DNA from: Leptolyngbyaceae cyanobacterium
GTDB lineage: Bacteria; Cyanobacteriota; Cyanobacteriia; Phormidesmidales; Phormidesmidaceae
DNA length: 64,000 bases
Assembly: GCA_965263355.1 (NCBI GenBank)
Contig: CBDHHL010000056.1
Location: 1,088,001 to 1,152,000, forward strand
Direction: 5' to 3'
Shown: positions 53,063-61,874 of the stretch, piece after piece
How the letters are laid out: the number at the start of each line of letters is the position of its first letter
Position numbering within the stretch: position 1 is the first letter of the stretch
Made by a program: the position numbers and the translations under genes
Notes under the pieces: generated by a model
What the model was told of the DNA's origin: nothing
Databases searched by the model: none
What the model saw: the letters and a program-made list of their open reading frames with translations, nothing else

Positions 53063-56052
53063 TTACTCGATATCGGAATCGTCTGACAACAGATTTTTTA
53101 GGATTGTTTGGGTGAGGGGATGATCTGAAAGTTGTTGTGTTTGGTTGGTTTCGATCACCTTGCGCAAGATAGTAATAAAGTTGTTGCCAACAGTTTGGGT
53201 GTTGGGATGGTCCTGTCCTAGTTTGGCAAGAAAAACTTCTAAGGCTTTGACACCAACGTTAGCTGACTCCGCATAACGTTCTAACCCATAAAGAAACATT
53301 GCCATATTGTTATAGCTTCCGGCGGTGTCGGGATGATCAGGGCCGAGCTGGGTTTCTCTGATTTGAAGGGATCGGGTGTAGAGCGGTTCGGCGTCTTCGT
53401 AGCGACCCATCGTGTCGTACAGCGCTCCTAAATTATTCAGACTCAGAGCGGTATCGGGATGATCAGGGCCGAGCTGGGTTTCATTGATTTGAAGGGATCG
53501 GGTGTAGAGCGGTTCGGCGTCTTCGTAGCGACCCATCGTGTCGTACAGCGCTCCTAAATTATTCAGACTCCGAGCGGTATCGGGATGATCAGGGCCGAGC
53601 TGGGTTTCATTGATTTGAAGGGATCGGGTGTAGAGCGGTTCGGCGTCTTCGTAGCGACCCATCGTGTCGTACAGTCTTCTAAATTATTCAGACTCAGAGC
53701 GGTATCGGGATGATCAGGGCCGAGCTGGGTTTCTTTGATTTGAAGGGATCGGGTGTAGAGCGGTTCGGCGTCTTCGTAGCGACCCATCGTGCGATACAGC
53801 GCTCCTAAATTATTCAGACTCAGAGCGGTATCGGGATGATCAGGGCCGAGCTGGGTTTCTCTGATTTGAAGGGATCGGGTGTAGAGCGGTTCGGCGTCTT
53901 CGTAGCGACCCATCGTGTCGTACAGCAATCCTAAATTATTCAGACTCAGAGCGGTATCGGGATGATCAGGGCCGAGCTGGGTTTCTTTGATTTGAAGGGA
54001 TCGGGTGTAGAGCGGTTCGGCGTCTTCGTAGCGACCCATCGTGCGTACAGTGCTAAATAGAGCGGTATCGGGATGATCAGGGCCGAGCTGGGTTTCATTG
54101 ATTTGAAGGGATCGGGTGTAGAGCGGTTCGGCGTCTTCGTAGCGACCCATCGTGCGATACAGCGCTCCTAAATTATTCAGACTCCGAGCGGTATCGGGAT
54201 GATCAGGGCCGAGCTGGGTTTCTCTGATTTGAAGGGATCGGGTGTAGAGCGGTTCGGCGTCTTCGTAGCGACCCATCGTGCGATACAGCGCTGCTAAATT
54301 ATTCAGACTCCGAGCGGTATCGGGATGATCAGGGCCGAGCTGGGTTTCATTGATTTGAAGGGATCGGGTGTAGAGCGGTTCGGCGTCTTCGTAGCGACCC
54401 ATCGTGTCGTACAGCGCTCCTAAATTATTCAGACTCAGAGCGGTATCGGGATGATCAGGGCCGAGCTGGGTTTCTGATTGATTTAAGGGATCGGGTGTAG
54501 AGCGGTTCGGCGTCTTCGTAGCGACCCATCGTGCGATACAGCTCTGCTAAATTATTCAGACTCAGAGCGGTATCGGGATGATCAGGGCCGAGCTGGGTTT
54601 CTTGATTTGAAGGGATCGGGTGTAGAGCGGTTCGGCGTCTTCGTAGCGACCCATCGTGCGATACAGCCCTGCTAAATTATTCAGACTCAGAGCGGTATCG
54701 GGATGATCGCAGCCAAATCGTTCCTCCGTTATTTCCAAGCAAGATTGATACCAATGGTGTACCTCTGACCATAGACTTTGACTTTCATAAAACCGAGCCA
54801 GACTCACAAATGGCCACAAACTATCCGTACTGTCTTCAATAATATGACTCAGTTCCCGAGCGATCAGTTCCATATGGGGAACCGCTTCACCCAATGCCTG
54901 CCGCGCACTAAGCGTAACAATCTGCTGTGTTTGCTGAGCAAAACTAACCAACGCGTCGGCCACGCCTTTTTGCAATGCAGACGTTTGATCACTGAGTTCA
55001 GTTTCTAACTTACCCACCGTAAATTCACGGATCAACTGATGCAGCTGATAGCTTCCATCCCCACCACTCTGTAACAAATTACGCCTGACCAGCTCCACAT
55101 CCAGCCCATCTTCCAAATCTTCCTCATCCCACTCCGGCAGTGCCCCTTCGATCAATCCCTTCGGTATGGGTGCCGCCGCAAACACCGCCAACAGCCCCAT
55201 CAACGTTTTTGCCGCTGGCGTCAGATCCTGCCAGCTCAACTCAAACGCCGCCTGTATTGGCGCTTCATAAGTCTGCAACTGGTCATAGGCCACCTCTTCC
55301 GAGGCACTATTCAGCGCCTTCGTTTCCAACCGTTTCCGGTTTAGCCTTTCCTGCAGTTTTACAAATGTTGTATTCGGATGCAGTGCCAAATACCGCGCAA
55401 TTAACTCTACCCCCAACGGCAGCCGTCCCACCCATTCACATAAAGCCTCTGCCTCATTTAATTGTTGTTTGACCCGGTGCTCATTATCCACTAACCGCAT
55501 CAACAACGCCATCGCCTCCCCCAGGGGCAACACCCCCAGATCCAACCGATCCACAGGCTTTTCAAACCGCTGCCGCGAGGTCATCAACACTCGAAAGCTA
55601 ACATCCTCCTGGGGCAACAGGTTCTTTATATCGTCATAAGCCTGCACATCATCCAACAACAACAACCTCGCCCCTGGAAAATGATGACACCACTGGTCAT
55701 AACACCAGTTTGCCCTGGCCCTATCGTCCGCCAAATCATCCGGCAACTGCCAGCCAAAAATGTTGGCCGCCCCCACCAACTGCGTCACCAAATTCTGTTC
55801 TCGCACCTTAAAGTACCAGCGCCCACCAGGGTATTGCCCCTTCGCCTCTCGCACATACTGCTGCGCCAGGGCCGTCTTACCAATGCCCCCCATACCCGAC
55901 ACCGCAGTAATCGCCACCTGGTCCGAGTGATTTAGTTTTTGAGCAAGTTGTTCTAGCTCAGACCGTCGCCCAACAAACTCGCGGGCAACAAGATTTTCAA
56001 GACCATAATCTGGGGTGATTTTCTTTGGCGGTTTCCGTACCGACGACTGCAG
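53063..56052 (-). pseudogene. NB-ARC plus TPR (NLR-like STAND) gene, interrupted by indels within the repeat array as sequenced
   Basis: FVGR..EL, GMGGIGKT, LLLLDDV, TSR, GRLPL and LHQL; frame open upstream to CTG at 56052; indels near 54601, 54480, 54050 and 53675. Confidence 0.8.
53325..54708 (-). repeat. Eleven near-identical 126-bp (42-aa) TPR-coding tandem repeats
   Basis: Core GTAGCGACCCATCGTG recurs at about 53399, 53525, 53651, 53776, 53902, 54028, 54139, 54265, 54391, 54518 and 54643. Confidence 0.95.
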
Positions 56053-56059
56053 CTAATCC

Positions 56060-56563
56060 TTAGAGGACATTACCAAGGTTTAAAGTTCCGACATCACCAA
56101 TGTTATAAACAGTAGCCCCATCACTGGCGTTGTTAACAGTTGCACCAGGGGCATTAACATTAACCTGATTATTGTTGCCACCAAAATTTTGCTGTACCGA
56201 ATCAGCATTCATATCATTCATATTAAAGACTACCTGATGCAGATCGTCAGCAACCTGTTCAACTTCCTTGGCAAAGTCATCGCTAGCCTCTATTGCTTTG
56301 TCGATATAGTCCTTGAGCACTTTAATATCGTCTTCAGAGCCCTTGGCGGCAGCGTCTAACCGTTGGTCAATTCCTTTATCCTTAAAGCAACGCTGCCAGA
56401 TCAAATCACCCAGCTGCATGATTTTTTCATTGGCCTTTTCGATGACGGTGCCGCCCAGCTTCGTAGCGGTTTCTTCAAGTTTTTGGCCAGCGCCATCAAA
56501 GAATTTGTCGAGGACGATTTTGGCTAGGGCTGTAGCAGCGGTCAAGGAAAGTGCTTCGAGCAT
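56060..56563 (-). CDS. NLR-associated small helical protein with Asn/Gly/Val-rich tail
   Basis: Hydrophobic N-terminal helix, helical body, low-complexity tail; immediately upstream of the NB-ARC frame. Confidence 0.8.
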   Translation of the reverse strand: MLEALSLTAATALAKIVLDKFFDGAGQKLEETATKLGGTVIEKANEKIMQLGDLIWQRCFKDKGIDQRLDAAAKGSEDDIKVLKDYIDKAIEASDDFAKEVEQVADDLHQVVFNMNDMNADSVQQNFGGNNNQVNVNAPGATVNNASDGATVYNIGDVGTLNLGNVL

Positions 56564-56809
56564 AGATTTTGTGCAGATAGTCAGGGTACCTACGTTTTAG
56601 CAATTTTGTTTGATATTGTCAGGTACCCCAAGAGGGTATGTTTGCGCTTGGTAGGGGCAGGGGATGAGGGCTATCCTCTTTGCTAAAAAAAATTTCGCTT
56701 TGGTCAGCGAATTTTGACGGGGCCTAAGCTGATAGCTGGCTCTATGGGTGGAATGGTGGGCGGTGTCCACCCTACGGGGGCTCCGGCTGGGCAAAATTAG
56801 TTGGGGAAT

Positions 56810-57148
56810 GTGTCTGTGTATCAATTATTGCAACTGGTTCATTTGATTGTGCTGCGACTGATGCAATGGCTGCAGCCCTATTTGGGGCCTGTTTGCTTGG
56901 TCCTGGCTTGGGGCTTGGTTGCTTTGGGTATCTGGCAGGTAATTGTGGCTACCCGTGAGGGTGTGCAACGGGCCCAGACGATGCATCGTATTCCTTGCTC
57001 AGACTGTAGCTTTTTTACTAACCAGGCCGTTCTTAAATGTCCGCTCCATCCGACCACCGCACTGTCAGAAGAGGCCATTGACTGTTTGGATTTTGAAACC
57101 GCAAACCCTACACTGGCGGCTCACCAACGGTTTAACGCGTCTAATTAA
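56810..57148 (+). CDS. Small cyanobacterial membrane protein with Cys/His cluster
   Basis: TM followed by HRIPCSDCSFF...LKCPLHP..ALSEEAIDC.DF; start uncertain. Confidence 0.75.
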   Translation: MSVYQLLQLVHLIVLRLMQWLQPYLGPVCLVLAWGLVALGIWQVIVATREGVQRAQTMHRIPCSDCSFFTNQAVLKCPLHPTTALSEEAIDCLDFETANPTLAAHQRFNASN

Positions 57149-57153
57149 CCTAT

Positions 57154-57195
57154 GGGACGTGTAGAGGCGTTCCATGGAACGCCTCTACACGTCCC
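57154..57195. repeat. Perfect 42-bp palindrome (GTAGAG...CTCTAC REP-like)
   Basis: GGGACGTGTAGAGGCGTTCCA|TGGAACGCCTCTACACGTCCC. Confidence 0.85.
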
Positions 57196-57489
57196 CCAAA
57201 AAATCTACGCAATATCCTTACAACGTATAGATTAATTTTGACTGAATTTAACGTGTCCTTTATGGGCTGGTCAAACTAAACCAAATATTCTGTAGTTAGG
57301 TCGCTTTTTTGATGTGCTTGTCAATAAAAAAGGGCATTCTGGTCAAAAGAGCTGATAAAACGGCTGGTTGAGTGTTTCTTGATAAACCACGTCCAAGTTC
57401 AACCCTTTAAGTTCTTCTACGGAAAAACTTCTGTTCTGGACGTGGACAAGGTTTAGTTGGATCGTTGGGTGATTTTTTAGGGCATCGCG

Positions 57490-58380
57490 ATGATATCGAT
57501 TTTTATTTTGACTCACAATGAAGAGCGAGATATTGCAGCCTGTATAGAGTCAGCTTTGATTTCGGATGATGTGATTGTGGTCGATTCGATTAGTAGCGAT
57601 CGCACCCTAGAAATCGCCCAGCGTTATCCCGTTCGTATCGTTCAGCATGCGTTTGAAAGCCATGGCAAACAGCGCACCTGGATGCTCCGCAACGTACCCA
57701 CTAAATACGAGTGGGTATACATCCTGGAAGCAGACGAACGGATGACACCAGAATTATTTAACGAATGCAACATAGCCGCTCAGTCTGATGAACATGTGGG
57801 CTACTACGCCGCTGAGCGCGTCATGTTCATGAATCACTGGATTCGCTATAGCACCCAGTATCCCCGCTATCAGCTACGGCTGCTCGATAAGCAGCGAGTC
57901 TGGTTTGACGACTACGGCCACACCGAACGGGAAGTGTGTGACGGAACCACCGGTTTTCTCAAAGAAACCTATCCCCATTACACCTGTAGTAAAGGCTTTG
58001 ACCGTTGGATCGAAAAACACAACCGCTACTCCAGCGACGAAGCCGCCGAAACCATTAAGCAATTATCGGACCATGGCATCAATTGGGGTGCCCTGCTATT
58101 TGGCCGGTCTGAAGTAGACCGTCGCCGCGCCCTCAAAGACCTATCCCTACGGATGCCGCTACGGCCCCTGGTGCGGTTTATCTATATGTACTTCTTCCTA
58201 GGCGGTATCTTAGATGGCCGCGCCGGATTTACCTGGTGCTTACTGCAAGCATTTTATGAGTACCTGATCACCTTAAAAGTGTGGGAACTCCAACATGGAT
58301 ACACCAGCGATGTCGTCGGTGTACCGACTGATAGCGATGCCGTAACCCATAATCCTAAAGAGCTAGCCAGGTCCGCTTAG
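57490..58380 (+). CDS. Glycosyltransferase family 2
   Basis: ILTHNEE, VVDS.S.DRT, LEADE and LDGRAG. Confidence 0.92.
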   Translation: MISIFILTHNEERDIAACIESALISDDVIVVDSISSDRTLEIAQRYPVRIVQHAFESHGKQRTWMLRNVPTKYEWVYILEADERMTPELFNECNIAAQSDEHVGYYAAERVMFMNHWIRYSTQYPRYQLRLLDKQRVWFDDYGHTEREVCDGTTGFLKETYPHYTCSKGFDRWIEKHNRYSSDEAAETIKQLSDHGINWGALLFGRSEVDRRRALKDLSLRMPLRPLVRFIYMYFFLGGILDGRAGFTWCLLQAFYEYLITLKVWELQHGYTSDVVGVPTDSDAVTHNPKELARSA

Positions 58381-58476
58381 AATTACGTCACTTACTAAAA
58401 GAGCCTGAGGTTGTGCGCTGACGCGTACCACCACTTACCATCTAATACGAAATCCTGCCTGATAGCACCTGGTATT

Positions 58477-58517
58477 GAAGGGCATCCACAAGGGAGTGCC
58501 CCTACAGGATTGTTCAT
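58477..58517. repeat. 41-bp dispersed REP-like repeat
   Basis: 39/41 identical to 9055-9095. Confidence 0.75.
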
Positions 58518-58774
58518 GTGTAATCGGTTTTAATGCACTCGGATTTGGTGTAACCCAAAATTTTGCACTTGAGATACCCCTTAGGCTATTGGCTAGTCCA
58601 GCCATAGCAAATCCTGAGAAATTATCGTTTTTCCCTGCAGAATAGCGGTATTTGGCTAACGACGGGCAAACTAGGCCTAAGGTGCACAGCGGATAGGCGC
58701 ATGACCTCTTGCCTACCCAAACGTTTTTGCTTGATGCATTTAATGCCAACACCAGAGCCTTAAAGTGTAGTCAT

Positions 58775-59917
58775 ATGCTGATTCAGGCCCAATCCGTATC
58801 CGAGTATTTGCTCACCCTGGCCCAACACCATCAAACTGGCGAACTCATAGTTGGGGCAGCAACGAATGAGCCCTGGAAGCTTTACTTTTATTCGGGACGC
58901 CTAATCTATGCAACGGGGGGACAACACCCGGTTCGACGCTGGTATCGTTCATTGCGACGCCATAGTCAACAGTTTTCCAGCAGTTGGTTTACTGACATGC
59001 GTACCCCTGGTGATTATTGGGAAGTTGATTTTCTTAACCAGGCAATCAAACGGGAACACATTTCCCTAAATCAGGCTAAGGCGACCATTCAGAGCATTGT
59101 GGATGAGGTGGTGCTGACGCTGATAGATTACCCTGCCGATGATATGCAGTGGCATCCAAATCGGATGGTGGCGCAGCAGGTGGTGTTTTTATCGGTACAG
59201 CAGGCAGTGGTGCGATCGCAACAGATTTATGATGCCTGGCCCACCATCGTAGGCGACCATTTATCCACCCTGGTGCCCCACGAAATTCCCTATTTATCGC
59301 CCATTGTCATTAATCCCCGAGGGTTACAGCTACATCTGTCCACGGCCAAGTACGAGCGTTTAAGCCGTTGGATGCAGGGCAACATCACCATCTGGGATAT
59401 AGCCGCCCAAACCCATCGTTCTCTACCTGAGGTGATCAAACTGCTACTGCCACTAATCTACGAAGGTTGGGTAGATCTGCAATCAATTCCAGATATTCCC
59501 GCCCCCTACATCCCCCCTCGCCACGGAACAACCAATACCCACAGGGTAACGAGGGGACTGATCGCCTGTATTGACGATAGTCCCTTGGTGAGTAAATTTA
59601 TGGCTGAACTAGTGCAGCCCCTGGGCTACGAAGTGCTACCGGTCACTAAGCCAGTGGAACAAATTTCCATACTTACCCAGCATCGGCCCGACTTGATTTT
59701 TCTGGACATTACGATGCCGAATATCAGTGGCTATGAGCTTTGTAAGTTTCTACGTCGAACGGACGTTTTTTACAAAACGCCGATTATTATTTTGACGGGT
59801 CGCGATGGGGTGATCGACCGCATGCGGGCCAAAATGGCGGGTGCAGATGATTTTTTGGCGAAACCTCCAGAGTCTGAGAAGGTGGCGCAATTGCTAGACA
59901 AATATACTTTAGGGTGA
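58775..59917 (+). CDS. PatA-type response regulator (PATAN-like N-terminus plus receiver)
   Basis: W.LYFYSGRLIYATGG.HPVRRW; IACIDDS, IFLDITMP, GYELC, LTG and KP. Confidence 0.88.
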   Translation: MLIQAQSVSEYLLTLAQHHQTGELIVGAATNEPWKLYFYSGRLIYATGGQHPVRRWYRSLRRHSQQFSSSWFTDMRTPGDYWEVDFLNQAIKREHISLNQAKATIQSIVDEVVLTLIDYPADDMQWHPNRMVAQQVVFLSVQQAVVRSQQIYDAWPTIVGDHLSTLVPHEIPYLSPIVINPRGLQLHLSTAKYERLSRWMQGNITIWDIAAQTHRSLPEVIKLLLPLIYEGWVDLQSIPDIPAPYIPPRHGTTNTHRVTRGLIACIDDSPLVSKFMAELVQPLGYEVLPVTKPVEQISILTQHRPDLIFLDITMPNISGYELCKFLRRTDVFYKTPIIILTGRDGVIDRMRAKMAGADDFLAKPPESEKVAQLLDKYTLG

Positions 59918-59941
59918 TTGTTTTATTGCGGTTGGGCATCG

Positions 59942-60030
59942 CCCATTGCCCATTCCCCACAGACAAGGTTAGGTTTCGTTTCTCAACCCAACCTACAGCC
60001 TACGGCCCCATTGCCCATTCCCCATTGCCC
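59942..60030. repeat. STRR-like heptamer repeats (CCCATTG/CCCATTC) flanking a REP-like element
   Basis: CCCATTGCCCATTCCCC runs at 59942 and 60007; GGTTAGG...CCCAACCTAC between them. Confidence 0.55.
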
Positions 60031-60073
60031 AAATACAATTAACACCTGCACAATTATTACTCCCCCTTAACAC

Positions 60074-61594
60074 ATGGCCAGCTCCCAGCCCAATGATCAA
60101 AGTCCTCGCGAAATTCGCGCTGCTCGTTTACAAAAAGTAAACGAACTGAAACAGCTGGGCCTGAATCCATATGCCTATACCTGGAATGTCACCCATCAAG
60201 CCGCAGCACTCCAGGAAAAATTTGCTGACTTGCCCACAGGGGAAGAAACGGACTTTGAGGTCAGTATCGCCGGTCGAATTATGGTCCGGCGCGTGTTTGG
60301 TAAGCTGGCCTTTTTTACCCTCCAGGATGAAACCGGCTCCATTCAACTGTTTCTGGATAAAAAGACGATTCAGGCAGCGATGGCTGAGATTGATGAGCAG
60401 GCGTTTACCCACCTTAAGCAGCTGACCGACGTGGGTGACTTTTTTGGGGTCAAGGGCATTATCAAACGCACCGATAAGGGTGAACTTTCTGTCAAAGTCA
60501 GTACCTACGCTATTCTTACCAAAGCACTACTGCCCCTGCCAGATAAGTGGCATGGCCTCACCGATGTGGCTAAGCGCTACCGTCAGCGCTATGTCGATTT
60601 AATTGTTAATCCTGAGGTAAGGGATACCTTTCGTAAGCGCGCCCTGATTACGGCCTCGATTCGACGCTATCTGGACCAGCAAAACTTTATTGAAATTGAA
60701 ACCCCAGTTTTGCAGGCTGAGCCCGGTGGTGCAGATGCTCGACCATTTATCACCCATCACAACACCCTAGATATGCAGCTTTATCTACGGATTGCCACAG
60801 AGCTGCACTTAAAACGGCTGATAGTGGGTGGGTTTGAGCGGGTTTTTGAAATGGGACGCATCTTTCGCAATGAAGGTATTTCTACCCGTCATAATCCGGA
60901 ATTTACCTCCATTGAGCTGTATCAGGCCTATGCTGATTACCATGACATGATGGATATTACTGAAGCCCTGATTGTCAATGCCGCTGAAGAGGTACTAGGC
61001 ACAACCCAGATTACCTATCAGGGAGAGCCCATTAACTTGAGTACTCCCTGGAAACGCATCACCATGCATGATGCTGTGTTGGAAAAGACTGGAGTTAATT
61101 TTGCTGAGTTTACCGATTTAGACGCCGCCAAGGCCGCCGCTAAGGAAGCGGCACTGCATGGCATCGATGACTGCCCCAGCATCGGCCATGTTTTAAACGA
61201 AGCCTTTGAGCAAACCGTTGAACCGACGTTAATACAGCCCACATTTATCATTGATTACCCAGTGGAGATTTCCCCACTGGCTAAACCCCATCGGGATAAG
61301 CCCGGCCTGGTGGAACGGTTTGAGTTATTTATTGTCGGACGCGAAACGGCCAATAGCTTCTCAGAGTTAACGGATCCGGTGGATCAACGGCAGCGGCTAG
61401 AAGCCCAGGCCGCCAAAAAAGCAGCGGGTGACCTTGAAGCCCATAGTCTGGACGAAGACTTTGTGACGGCTCTGGAGTATGGCATGCCGCCCACTGGCGG
61501 TATGGGTATGGGCATCGACCGTTTAGTCATGCTCCTAACTGACGCCCCCAGTATTCGAGATGTGATTGCATTTCCGTTGCTCAAGCCTGAATAA
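60074..61594 (+). CDS. lysS: Lysine--tRNA ligase (class II)
   Basis: [27 protein letters not shown] and [14 protein letters not shown]. Confidence 0.98.
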   Translation: MASSQPNDQSPREIRAARLQKVNELKQLGLNPYAYTWNVTHQAAALQEKFADLPTGEETDFEVSIAGRIMVRRVFGKLAFFTLQDETGSIQLFLDKKTIQAAMAEIDEQAFTHLKQLTDVGDFFGVKGIIKRTDKGELSVKVSTYAILTKALLPLPDKWHGLTDVAKRYRQRYVDLIVNPEVRDTFRKRALITASIRRYLDQQNFIEIETPVLQAEPGGADARPFITHHNTLDMQLYLRIATELHLKRLIVGGFERVFEMGRIFRNEGISTRHNPEFTSIELYQAYADYHDMMDITEALIVNAAEEVLGTTQITYQGEPINLSTPWKRITMHDAVLEKTGVNFAEFTDLDAAKAAAKEAALHGIDDCPSIGHVLNEAFEQTVEPTLIQPTFIIDYPVEISPLAKPHRDKPGLVERFELFIVGRETANSFSELTDPVDQRQRLEAQAAKKAAGDLEAHSLDEDFVTALEYGMPPTGGMGMGIDRLVMLLTDAPSIRDVIAFPLLKPE

Positions 61595-61874
61595 ACCGGT
61601 TTCTTACCCGCCTACAGTGATGATTTGCCCTGAGGCTGCGCTTTAATGCTGACTATTCAGCTTGCGAATTAAGTAAACGTGTTTATGGAGTTATCAGTCA
61701 ATCTAGCCAAACTGATTAAACTAGAGGGGAAGCTGTTGAGGGCAAACTATAGTTAATAGAGTTGTCTACCAGAGTTTAGAGGGTACCTTAGTGCATGCTT
61801 TAACTTAGCCTGCATACTATAGGGTTGATTAATTTCCGTTAAATTATAATTTTGGCTAATCCGTATAAATAACT

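Noticed and set aside
53325..54708. Tandem repeats as a CRISPR array
   Set aside because: Units are contiguous 126-bp protein-coding TPRs with no unique spacers, and no cas genes are present
53063..56563. Diversity-generating retroelement acting on the TPR array
   Set aside because: No reverse transcriptase or separate template repeat in the window; variation is not adenine-specific
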